NCBI GenBank assembly: GCA_023266235.1
Contig: JAHFRL010000007.1
Span: forward strand, 15,007-79,006
DNA from: Betaproteobacteria bacterium
GTDB taxonomy: Bacteria; Pseudomonadota; Gammaproteobacteria; Burkholderiales; SG8-41
Reading direction: 5' to 3'
DNA: 64,000 nt
Positions 18,456 through 27,257 of this stretch are shown here, in pieces. The stretch's first letter is position 1, and every line of letters begins with the position of its first letter. Under the pieces are notes generated by a model. That model saw only the letters and a program-made list of their open reading frames with translations. It was not told the origin of the DNA and did no database searches. The position numbers and the translations under genes are program-made.

Positions 18456-19220
18456 CTACAGTTCGAACACCTGGTTGTTTTCCAGCATGCGCGGCTGGTA
18501 GGCGCCCGCGCACTCCTGGATCTCCTGCATCGTCAGTTCGACCTCACCCGGCTTGAGGTGCGTAATATAGATCTCGGCCTTGCGTTTGAATTTGGCGAGC
18601 TCTTCAGCCAGCATGCTCGGACACAGATGCTTCGACGCGACCGCCAGATTCTTCTCGCGATTGCAGAATGCGGTCTCAATGATCAGAAAGCGCAGGTTGT
18701 CGATCCGGTTGACTTCCTGCCATAACGGATCATTGGTGGTGGTGTCGCCGGTGAATACGAGGCTGGCGCGGCCCGAATCGATGCGATAGCCGACCGCCGG
18801 CACCACATGGTTGGCGGGCAACGGCGTCAATTTGCGGCCGTTGACATCGACGGTCTTGCCGAGCGCAACCGCCGCGTAGCGCAAATACGGCTTCTGCGCG
18901 TCCGGTATCTGCGTGAAATCCGGCCACAGCTTCCAGTTGAACAGGTGCTGGCGCAGGATTTCGAGCGTCGGCTCGATTGCATGCACCGTTATCGGCTGGT
19001 TGCGCATCCAGCCCACGGTATCGACGAGGAATGGAATCGAGGTCACGTGATCGAGGTGCGAGTGCGTGACAAACACATGATCGATGCGGGAAAGCGCATC
19101 GATGCTCAAGTCCCCGACCCCGGTACCGGCGTCGATCAGGACGTCGTGGTCGAGCAGCATCGAGGTGGTGCGCAAATCGCCGCTGATGCCGCCGCTGCAA
19201 CCGAGTATCCTGAGTTTCAT
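18456..19220 (-). CDS. class II 3',5'-cyclic-nucleotide phosphodiesterase (metallo-beta-lactamase fold)
   Basis: MKLRILGCSGGISGDLRTTSMLL and VFVTHSHLDHV (the HxHLDH signature of class II cAMP phosphodiesterases). It starts 11 nt after the cyclase gene. Confidence 0.8.
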   Translation of the reverse strand: MKLRILGCSGGISGDLRTTSMLLDHDVLIDAGTGVGDLSIDALSRIDHVFVTHSHLDHVTSIPFLVDTVGWMRNQPITVHAIEPTLEILRQHLFNWKLWPDFTQIPDAQKPYLRYAAVALGKTVDVNGRKLTPLPANHVVPAVGYRIDSGRASLVFTGDTTTNDPLWQEVNRIDNLRFLIIETAFCNREKNLAVASKHLCPSMLAEELAKFKRKAEIYITHLKPGEVELTMQEIQECAGAYQPRMLENNQVFEL

Positions 19221-19231
19221 CGTCTTGGTCG

Positions 19232-21490
19232 TTATTTCGTCTTGAACGTAAACGCGCCATCCCAGTCCTTGCCGGGCGGATTGGCGCGCAGGTAAGCGAT
19301 CCGCTCCACAAACGTATGGCTGTAGAGCAGGTGGCCGGCCACCTGCTTTTGCAAATTAAACAGCTGCAACTCCGCCTGGTCCCAGTCCTGCGCGCGATAC
19401 AACCGCAAAAACTGCGCATACAGCTTGATTTCGTCGAGTTTCGCCTTCTCGACCTGCCCCTGCAGCCCGAAGGGCTCGTAAATCGCCACCGCCTCGTCCT
19501 TGCCCTTGACCCGCACCCGGTCGAGCTCGCGGAACACGACTTCAGGCACCGCGTTCCTGGTGCCCTCGCCGGCTATGATATCAGCGCCGTACTCCTTTGT
19601 GATGCCCTCCAGCCGCGATCCGAGGTTTACGGCGTCTCCCATTACCGTATAAGCCCGGCGGATCTGCGAACCCATGTCGCCGACGCGCATCACGCCGGAG
19701 TTAACGCCGACGCCGATTTTGAACGTCGGCCAGCCCTTGGCCTTGAATTTCTCGTTGAGTATCTTGGCCGTTTTCTGCATGTCCATGGCTGCCAGCATGG
19801 CGTTTCTGGCGTGCGCGGGATCGCGCACCGGCGCCCCCCAGAACGCCATGATCGCGTCACCGATGTACTTGTCCAGCGTCCCGCGGTGCCCTTCGCGGAT
19901 CACCAGGCTCATGGTCGTCAGGTAATCGTTGATGTAGACGGAGAGATCCTCCGGCGACAGGCTTTCGGATATGGTGGTGAACCCGCGCACGTCCGAGAAC
20001 AACACCGAAAGTTCCTCGGCGCGTGGCGCCATATTGAACTCGGCCGGGTTCCTCGCCATCTCATCGACCAGTTCGGGCGGTACGTACTGGCCGAACAGGC
20101 CGGTGATCTGGTTCTTGCCGCGTGCTTCGACGAAATACCCATATGACATGTTGAGCGCGAACAACAGCGCAATCATTACCAGCCCAGACGCAAGCGGCAG
20201 CACCATATTGCCGAGATGGAACACGATCAGATTGCCGAACACCACCATAAATAACACCGCCACCGTGACCAGCAAAGATTTGAGTGGATTCAATAGCGGG
20301 AGCAACAGGGCCATCGCCGCTCCGGCCAGCAACAGCAACACGAATTCCGCGCCGACGACATACGGCGGTTTCTGCTTGATATTGCGGTCGAGCATGCCGG
20401 CGATCATATTGGCGTGGATTTCCACCCCCGGATAGACCTCTTCGACCGGTGTCGCGCGCAAGTCGAGCAGGCCCGGCGCCGTGGTGCCGACCAGCACGAT
20501 CTTGCCTTTCAAGTCCGCAACATCGGCGCGTTCGCTCATGACGTCGCTCACTGAAATGTAACTGAAACTTTTCTGTTTGCCGCGATAGGGGATCAGCGCG
20601 GTCACCCTTTCATCGACCGGGATGCGCAGCGGCCCGACTTCGAGCCACTCGAGACCCGAGTAGCTCCGCGACCAGATCTTGTCCGACGGGTAGCCCGGCA
20701 CGATATTCGGCCCGCCGATTATCATGCGCACGATCGCGAGCGACAGCGGTTCGTAATAAGTACCGCCAAACTCCGCCAGCATCGGCACGCGCCGCAGGAT
20801 GCCGTCAGGGTCGGGATCCAGGCTGAAATGCCCGGCACTCGCTGCGCTTTTCTGCAGTTCGGGCAGGTTCGCGGTATAGCCGGGGAATGACGCAAAGTCG
20901 ATGTTCTTGGCGCCGAATGTCCCGGCCGGCAGTACTGGCGCCGGCAACACCCCTTTCTTGCTGCCTTCGCCCTCGAAGCGCGTGAACGTGTAACCGAGTA
21001 CCACCGCCCGGTTACGCATGTGTTCGGCGAAAATCTGGTCGTACTCGAGCTGCGGCTGCAACTGTTTGAGTGTCGCCTGAAAACCCGCCACGTCCTTCAG
21101 CTCTTTTTGTGCGAGCTGCTGCAGCACGCGCAGTCCCGAACTCTCGTCGCGCTCGGCGAACACAATGTCGAAACCGACGATCGCGATCTGGTAGCGGTCG
21201 AACAGCTTGTCGAGCAACAGCGCCAGACGGTCGCGCGGCCACGGCCAGCGGCCCTCGCCGCCTTTCTCTTTCTCGGCGAGGCTTTTTTCGTCGATATCGA
21301 GGATGACGATACGCGGGTCGACGGTGCGCGGCATCGTCATCGCGAGCCGCGTATCGTAGACGACGGCCTCGAGCCGGTTTACCAGCGGGATCTGGAATGT
21401 CCAGCCGCCAATTCCCCACTTTGCGGCGTGCGCGAGAAACGCCAGCACCAGGGCAAGGCCCAAGCCGATGCGAACGATGTTTTTATTCAA
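19232..21490 (-). CDS. CHASE2 sensor domain / class III adenylate-guanylate cyclase
   Basis: N-terminal TM helix, a periplasmic CHASE2-like ~330 aa, then three TM helices. The cyclase core has LSVLFSDVRGFTTISE and KYIGDAIMAFWGAP. I chose TTG 21490 as the start because AGGAGG lies 4 nt upstream. The track start is TTG 21529. Confidence 0.85.
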   Translation of the reverse strand: MNKNIVRIGLGLALVLAFLAHAAKWGIGGWTFQIPLVNRLEAVVYDTRLAMTMPRTVDPRIVILDIDEKSLAEKEKGGEGRWPWPRDRLALLLDKLFDRYQIAIVGFDIVFAERDESSGLRVLQQLAQKELKDVAGFQATLKQLQPQLEYDQIFAEHMRNRAVVLGYTFTRFEGEGSKKGVLPAPVLPAGTFGAKNIDFASFPGYTANLPELQKSAASAGHFSLDPDPDGILRRVPMLAEFGGTYYEPLSLAIVRMIIGGPNIVPGYPSDKIWSRSYSGLEWLEVGPLRIPVDERVTALIPYRGKQKSFSYISVSDVMSERADVADLKGKIVLVGTTAPGLLDLRATPVEEVYPGVEIHANMIAGMLDRNIKQKPPYVVGAEFVLLLLAGAAMALLLPLLNPLKSLLVTVAVLFMVVFGNLIVFHLGNMVLPLASGLVMIALLFALNMSYGYFVEARGKNQITGLFGQYVPPELVDEMARNPAEFNMAPRAEELSVLFSDVRGFTTISESLSPEDLSVYINDYLTTMSLVIREGHRGTLDKYIGDAIMAFWGAPVRDPAHARNAMLAAMDMQKTAKILNEKFKAKGWPTFKIGVGVNSGVMRVGDMGSQIRRAYTVMGDAVNLGSRLEGITKEYGADIIAGEGTRNAVPEVVFRELDRVRVKGKDEAVAIYEPFGLQGQVEKAKLDEIKLYAQFLRLYRAQDWDQAELQLFNLQKQVAGHLLYSHTFVERIAYLRANPPGKDWDGAFTFKTK

Positions 21491-21737
21491 CCCGCCTCCT
21501 GTAGTGCTGCCGGCTACCCGGCGCGACAAGAGCCGGTTCGGGCCGATAATGGGGCAAGTCCTGTGCCAGACACGGGGCAGCCCGCGTCAGGCATAACCGC
21601 ACCGTGGACGCCTGGCGCTGCACGGCAGGCTTGACCGGCGCTGGGGACGCGCTGTGACGCCGGCCATGAAATCATTTTGATCGATGATTGAACAGGAATT
21701 GTGGCCGGCAGGCTCTGCCCGGACGGAGCGCTACGCC

Positions 21738-22475
21738 CTAGCCGTTCTTGAGGAAGAACTCCATTTTCACGCCCGCCAGTTCGATCACATCATGATCGTT
21801 GAGCTGGTGCGCCTGGGCATCGAGCGCCTTGCCGTTGACGATCGGGAAATTGGCGCCTTCGACATGGGTGATGAAATGGCCGTGCGGCCGGCGTGTAATC
21901 ACCGCCACCTGCACGCCGGGCTTGCCGAGCGTGGTGAGGTTCTTGGTGAGCGCGAGTTCCCTGCCCGCCGACGGCCCGGTCAAAATCTGGACCGCCGCCA
22001 ATTTTTCCGCTTGCTTGGCGGCTGCCGCGACTGCGTGCGGCGGCGGGCCTTGCGTCGTCGTCGTCGCCGCCGGACTGACCTGGGTATCGCCGAAGCCGCC
22101 TGGAGTTGCCTCCATTGCCGCCTTTGCCATCGGCGCGCGTAATACCATGGTTTTCTCGAAATCGGCCACCGAGGCCTGGCCGGCCGCCTGCTCGCTGACG
22201 TATTTCAACTTGTACTTGCCGATCTCGATCACGTCGTTGCTCTGCAGGATGTGCTTCTTGACCGGATTGCCGTTGACGAGCGTGCCGTTGGTGCTGCCGA
22301 GGTCCTCCAGGAACGAATCGTTGAGTATCGTCACGATCAATGCGTGCTCGCCGCTGACCGCCAGATTGTCGATCTGGATGTCGTTGTGCGCTTTGCGTCC
22401 GATGGTGAACCGCTCCTTGTCGAGCGGAACCTCCCTGATAACCGCGTTATCCAGACTCATGATCAACTTCGCCAT
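21738..22475 (-). CDS. protein with two FHA domains
   Basis: The N-terminal FHA has FTIGRKAHNDIQIDNLAVSGEHALI and STNGTLVNG. The C-terminal FHA-like half has LTTLGKPGVQVAVITRRPHGHFITHVEG and NDHDVIELAGVKMEF. A Pro/Ala/Thr linker joins the two halves. Confidence 0.85.
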   Translation of the reverse strand: MAKLIMSLDNAVIREVPLDKERFTIGRKAHNDIQIDNLAVSGEHALIVTILNDSFLEDLGSTNGTLVNGNPVKKHILQSNDVIEIGKYKLKYVSEQAAGQASVADFEKTMVLRAPMAKAAMEATPGGFGDTQVSPAATTTTQGPPPHAVAAAAKQAEKLAAVQILTGPSAGRELALTKNLTTLGKPGVQVAVITRRPHGHFITHVEGANFPIVNGKALDAQAHQLNDHDVIELAGVKMEFFLKNG

Positions 22476-22496
22476 GGCAGTATCCCTGTAACCGTA

Positions 22497-23327
22497 TTAT
22501 CTGAACCAAGCCTTGAATTTGGCAAACCAGCCCGTCGGCGCCCCGAAGTCTTCAAGCACCCGCACCAGGATCACTGAAATGTTGTCGCGCCCGCCGCTGT
22601 CGTTGGCCTGCTGCACCAGCTGCTTTGCCGCCAGCGGCAGGTTCGCCTGCAGCGTGGCCAAGGTGGCGTGGATCTCATCATCCACGACCATATCGCTCAA
22701 CCCGTCCGAGCATAGCAGGTATATATCCCCCGGCTCCACATCATAGGTGTGAACTTCGGTCTCGACCTCGGGATCGATGCCGACCGCGCGCGTCACCAGA
22801 TTCTTGTTCTGCGAGTGGCGCGCCTGCTCTTTGCTTATCATGCCGCTGTCGATTTGTTCCTGCAACAGCGAGTGGTCGCGCGTGATCTGCTCGAACTCAT
22901 CCTGGCGCAGCCGATACAGGCGCGAGTCGCCAATGTGGCCGGTCGTCATGCGGTTGTCGTAAAACAACGCCACTACCAGGGTGGTGCCCATGCCCGCGTA
23001 TTGCGGCTGGCTTTGGGCGGCCTGATAAATCGCGGCATTGGCTTTGGCCGAATTCTCCTTGATCAGCTTGACTGCCAGCGGCTCGCCCGCAGAGCCGTTG
23101 ATTTCGTGCGGCTCGTGTGCTTCGAGCGCCCGCCTCATTTCGGCAGTCAGCATGGCCACCGCGATGCCGCTCGCGACTTCACCCGCATTGTAGCCGCCCA
23201 TGCCGTCGGCAAGCACCGCCAGGCCGATTTCGGCATCAGTTGCAATGCTGTCCTCGTTATGCGAGCGCACCATTCCGGGATCAGTGGCGGTTACAACTTC
23301 AAGCACGGTGCCGAGATTAGCCATCAT
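22497..23327 (-). CDS. PP2C-family Ser/Thr protein phosphatase
   Basis: MVRSHNEDS, LADGMGGYNAGEVAS and GGRDNISVILV. It starts 5 nt after the kinase stop. Confidence 0.9.
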   Translation of the reverse strand: MMANLGTVLEVVTATDPGMVRSHNEDSIATDAEIGLAVLADGMGGYNAGEVASGIAVAMLTAEMRRALEAHEPHEINGSAGEPLAVKLIKENSAKANAAIYQAAQSQPQYAGMGTTLVVALFYDNRMTTGHIGDSRLYRLRQDEFEQITRDHSLLQEQIDSGMISKEQARHSQNKNLVTRAVGIDPEVETEVHTYDVEPGDIYLLCSDGLSDMVVDDEIHATLATLQANLPLAAKQLVQQANDSGGRDNISVILVRVLEDFGAPTGWFAKFKAWFR

Positions 23328-23332
23328 GGTGA

Positions 23333-25912
23333 TTACAGCCCGATGTCGACCACGTCTTGCTTCGCCCCGGCGCCGCCCCCGCCCACGCCCGCTGCGCAGG
23401 CCTTGATCGCCTGCGCCATTTCCTCGCCGGTCTGGTAGCGCGCCTCGGGCTGCTTGGCCAGCGCCTTGTTGATGATATCAACCAGGCACGGCGGCAATTT
23501 GGCGTTGTAAGTCAGGATATCGACGTGCGGCTCGTTGGCGATCTTGAACATCAGCTGCGCCATCGAATCGCCCTGAAATGGCAGTTTTCCGCACGCGAGT
23601 TGATACAGCGTCACGCCGAGCGAAAAAAGGTCGGAGCGACCTTCGATTTTCTTGCCGGCGAGCTGCTCGGGCGACATGTAGCTCGGCGTACCGAGCACCA
23701 TGCCGGTCTTGGTCTTGGACGAATCGGTGATGCGCGCGATGCCGAAGTCAGTGACCTTGACGGTGTCGCTCTCGAGCTCGTACATGATGTTGGCGGGCTT
23801 GATGTCGCGGTGCACGACGCTGTTCGTGTGGGCGTAGGTCAACGCTTCGGCGACGCGCGCGATGATGCTCATCACTTTCGGCAGCGGCAGCAGGTTGTCC
23901 GGCTTGATGAACGGCGTGAGGTCCTTGCCTTTCAGGAACTCCATCGCGATGAACGCAAGATCGTGCTCTTCGCCGGCGTCGAAAATCGTAACAATATGGG
24001 GGTGGTTCAGGCGGCCGGCGGTTTCGGCCTCGCGGAAGAAGCGGTCCTTGACATCCTGCAGCTCGTCGGCCTCGAACTCCTGCGACAGCGCCATGGTCTT
24101 GATCGCCACCACGCGGCCGATTTTCGGGTCCTTGCCCAGATACACGACGCCCATCGCGCCCTTGCCGAGTTCTTTTTCGACCTGGTAGCGGCCGAGCATC
24201 GGTTTTTCGACGCCGCCACCGGGCATGATCACGGTGCCGCCGGGATGGCTGCCACCGCCGCCGAGTATGACGGTTTCCGACATCGCCTTGGCGCGTCCGA
24301 CCCGCTCCGCGATGTCCCTGAACTTCGGATTATTCTCGGCGATGTAGCGGAACGCATTTTCCGCTTTGTTGAACTGGCGCTTGCGCTCGAAATCGAGCGC
24401 CAGGTTATAAACCAGATCGAGCACCGAATCGTCGGGCGGCAGCTTGCGGAAATAGTCGAACGCCGTGTCGAGCTGACCCTGGCCCTGGTAGCCGAGGCCG
24501 AGCATGCGGTGGCTTTGCGCAAGGTCGACGTCCGAACGGGCCTTGCTTTTTTCGGTGACAATAAAATGCTTGGAGACGAGCGCTAAATGCCCGATCAGCA
24601 ACAACGTCGCCGGCAGCATGAGCTGTACCCAGATCGCGCTGGTCGTCATCAACACGAAATGCACGACTAGCAGAAGCACGAAAACTCCAGCCGAAATCAC
24701 CAGTGCCTGGGTTGCCTTAAGGCGCGGCAGCAGCGCAATCAGGTAGGCGGCGATCAATAAAAAAACTAGCAATTCGACCCAGTAAGCCCACGCTGGCGTG
24801 ACGAAAAAATGCTCGGAGAGGATAGAAGACACCGAGTGTGCAAGCACCAGCACGGGCGGCATCGCCGCAGAGACGGGGGTAACCGTCGCGCTGCCGAGAC
24901 CCGCGGCTGTGGGGCCGATCAGTACGATTTTGTTTTCGTACTTGCTGACCGGGATCTTGCCGTTGATCACATCATAGAAAGAGTCAATGGTAAATGCAGC
25001 GCGACCCTCGCGATCCTTGTAGAAATAGGTGTACATCCGGGTCAACGGGTCCGTCGTAATGTTCAGTTTTCCCAGCGTCACTTTTTCACCGGGCTGGATC
25101 TTGATGTCTTCCAGGGTCAGGTTGAGGCTTTTCGCCGCGATCATCATCGACAGAGACGGAAAAGTCTTGTCGAAATTGAGCAGCACCAAGGGTTCGGTGC
25201 GGGTGCCGCCATCAACGTCGGGCGTCGCATTGAGGTGGCCAAGAGCGGCGGCGGACTTGCCGATAATCTCGATAGGATAATCTACCCTTTTCGTGAGCAG
25301 CACGAATTCCTCCGCGCCTTTCGCGACTTTCGGCAGAGCGTTCTTGGCGACATACTCTGGCAATGGCTTGTCTGGATTGCCGCGCGGCTCGCCGAGTTCG
25401 AACAACATCATCGGCACGACGTTGCCGGCCCGCGTGAAACTGTCGGCAAGTTTGCGGTCGACGTTTAGTGTTTCCTCGGCCTCTTTAAGCACCGTGACAA
25501 ATGGCCCCATCGGACTGCTGGCCGCTACTCCGGCCTGATCGGCGGGCGCGCTGTTTATCGCGGCGAGATCGAGAAGCTTGGTGATATAAACGTAACCGGG
25601 GTCGACTTGAGGTTCGGAGAATAGAACGGTGTATGCGATAACCTTGGCTTTGGCAGCGGCCAGCGTGTCGGTCATCTTAGCAAGCACTTCGCGCGACCAC
25701 GGCCACCGACCGATCTTGTCGAGACTGTCGGCATCGATCGCAATGATCGCAACCTTGTCGGACGGTGTGCGTGACGTAGCGACGACGCCAAGGTCGTACG
25801 CCTTGCGCTCCAGACTCGGGATGAGGTCGCTCGCGCGGTTGAACAGCGCGACCACAAGGACAACGACGACCCCGAGAAACCAGTCGGATTTCCAAAAAGT
25901 CAAATTTTTCAT
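23333..25912 (-). CDS. CHASE2 sensor domain / Hanks-type Ser/Thr protein kinase
   Basis: N-terminal TM helix, CHASE2-like ~340 aa, TM helices, then a short TPR-like linker. The kinase core has LGKGAMGVVYLGKD, VVHRDIKPANIM, VTDFGIARI and GTPSYMSPEQ. Confidence 0.9.
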   Translation of the reverse strand: MKNLTFWKSDWFLGVVVVLVVALFNRASDLIPSLERKAYDLGVVATSRTPSDKVAIIAIDADSLDKIGRWPWSREVLAKMTDTLAAAKAKVIAYTVLFSEPQVDPGYVYITKLLDLAAINSAPADQAGVAASSPMGPFVTVLKEAEETLNVDRKLADSFTRAGNVVPMMLFELGEPRGNPDKPLPEYVAKNALPKVAKGAEEFVLLTKRVDYPIEIIGKSAAALGHLNATPDVDGGTRTEPLVLLNFDKTFPSLSMMIAAKSLNLTLEDIKIQPGEKVTLGKLNITTDPLTRMYTYFYKDREGRAAFTIDSFYDVINGKIPVSKYENKIVLIGPTAAGLGSATVTPVSAAMPPVLVLAHSVSSILSEHFFVTPAWAYWVELLVFLLIAAYLIALLPRLKATQALVISAGVFVLLLVVHFVLMTTSAIWVQLMLPATLLLIGHLALVSKHFIVTEKSKARSDVDLAQSHRMLGLGYQGQGQLDTAFDYFRKLPPDDSVLDLVYNLALDFERKRQFNKAENAFRYIAENNPKFRDIAERVGRAKAMSETVILGGGGSHPGGTVIMPGGGVEKPMLGRYQVEKELGKGAMGVVYLGKDPKIGRVVAIKTMALSQEFEADELQDVKDRFFREAETAGRLNHPHIVTIFDAGEEHDLAFIAMEFLKGKDLTPFIKPDNLLPLPKVMSIIARVAEALTYAHTNSVVHRDIKPANIMYELESDTVKVTDFGIARITDSSKTKTGMVLGTPSYMSPEQLAGKKIEGRSDLFSLGVTLYQLACGKLPFQGDSMAQLMFKIANEPHVDILTYNAKLPPCLVDIINKALAKQPEARYQTGEEMAQAIKACAAGVGGGGAGAKQDVVDIGL

Positions 25913-26183
25913 CCCGTTATCTGTTTTGTATTTTTTTCTAATGGGTTAACGCCGAAGACTGAATTATTTTACGATATTTGCCGACAAGTATATGATTTTT
26001 TTCATAACTGCACCAGAAATCATAGCTAATACAATAGCTTAAAATCCGCGTTTTGTGGTGCGCCTGCGCACTTTTTCCATGCTCGAACTAGGGTTCCGCA
26101 AGCAATGCCTGTGCCGAAGCAATAAATTGCCGCAACAACCTCGATAATAAGCGCTTGCAGCATACGTTACCGCAGGCCCGACC

Positions 26184-26210
26184 CAAAAAAAAGCCACGCA
26201 TAACGTGGCT
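26184..26210 (-). terminator. Rho-independent terminator of the oxc-frc-formyltransferase operon
   Basis: On the minus strand, the stem AGCCACG / CGTGGCT with a 5-nt loop is followed by T8 (plus-strand A-run 26184-26192). It lies 29 nt after the stop at 26239. Confidence 0.75.
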
Positions 26211-26238
26211 TTTCTGCCGAGGAGCCAGGTGCCAGAAA

Positions 26239-27171
26239 TCAGCCGCCGAGCACGCTGCCAGCCTTGATGCCGCCTGCCTGCGCCAGCTCCCCGCCGCTCA
26301 CCTTTTTGCCATCCCCGAACCTGGCCTTCAGCACTTCGATCAAGCCGCCTTGGGCCGTGATCTTGAAGCTTTGCGCCGTGACGTCAGTGACCTCGCCGAT
26401 CTTCCCGGGCACGTCCGCAAAACGCCGGAAAACGGCCTTGCGCGCGTCAAAAAGCTGTAACTTTTTGCCGCTGAGCGTCGTCCATGCGCCCGGCGCCGGG
26501 TTGCACCCCCGGATCAGGTTGTAGACATGGTCGATGGGCTTGGCCCAGTCTATCCGCGCCTCCCCGGCGCGGCACCAGCCCTCGTAACTCGCCTGCGACT
26601 CATCCTGCACCGTCTCCCGGTGTTTTCCCTTTAACACGAGATCGGCGGCCTCAAGCATGGCCTGTACGCCCAGCGGGAACAGGCGCTCGAAATAGACGGT
26701 GCCCAGCGTGTCGTCGGGGCTGATGGGCGTCTTCTTCTGCAGGATCACTGCGCCTTCATCCAGCCCGTCCGAGGGACGGAAAATGGTCAGGCCCGTCTCC
26801 GTGTCGCCTTTGATGATCGGCCAGTTGATCGAACTCGGGCCGCGATACTTCGGCAGCAGTGACGGGTGATACTGGATGGTGCCGTGTTTGGGTATGTTGA
26901 CGAATTCCTGCGGTGCGAACTGCAGCACGAAAGCCATGATGCCGATGTCGGCGTTAGCGTCCTGCATGGCCTGCGCCGCTTCCCGCGCCCGTAGCGACTT
27001 GAACTGGTGAACCTGCAGCCCCGTTTCCTGCGCCGCGAGACGCAACGCATCCGGCCGCGCGCCTTCCTTCTCGGGCGCGCAGAACACGGCTGCAACCTCG
27101 TCGCCGCGCGCGAGGAAGGCCTCGAACACGGCCTTGCCGTAGTCCTGCTGGCCGATGATTGCGATTTTCAT
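26239..27171 (-). CDS. stand-alone formyltransferase resembling the N-terminal (hydrolase/formyl-transfer) domain of 10-formyltetrahydrofolate dehydrogenase
   Basis: At 310 aa it matches the length I remember for that domain. MKIAIIGQQDYGKAVFEAFLARGDEVAAVFCAPEK, IQYHPSLLPKYRGPSSINW and SDGLDEGAVILQK align by eye to the ALDH1L1 N-terminal domain as I remember it (MKIAVIGQS..G..V.....GHEVVGVFT.PDK; YHPSLLPRHRGASAINW; DDGLDTGDLLLQK). A C-terminal Fmt-like subdomain is present. Confidence 0.75.
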   Translation of the reverse strand: MKIAIIGQQDYGKAVFEAFLARGDEVAAVFCAPEKEGARPDALRLAAQETGLQVHQFKSLRAREAAQAMQDANADIGIMAFVLQFAPQEFVNIPKHGTIQYHPSLLPKYRGPSSINWPIIKGDTETGLTIFRPSDGLDEGAVILQKKTPISPDDTLGTVYFERLFPLGVQAMLEAADLVLKGKHRETVQDESQASYEGWCRAGEARIDWAKPIDHVYNLIRGCNPAPGAWTTLSGKKLQLFDARKAVFRRFADVPGKIGEVTDVTAQSFKITAQGGLIEVLKARFGDGKKVSGGELAQAGGIKAGSVLGG

Positions 27172-27257
27172 GATTGTTACTTTCTTCGAAACAGGTGAGG
27201 CGGTAGTCGAAAGAGCAAATCAGCGCGTGAGTTCTGCGCCTCTCGCCTTACGGGCCG

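Noticed and set aside
14326-25912. Signalling island as a cyclic-nucleotide anti-phage system (CBASS/Pycsar-like)
   Set aside because: The cyclase is a membrane CHASE2 sensor of the ordinary class III type. There is no CD-NTase, no effector with nuclease, TIR, patatin or pore-forming features, and no mobile-element context. Environmental signalling is the more economical reading.
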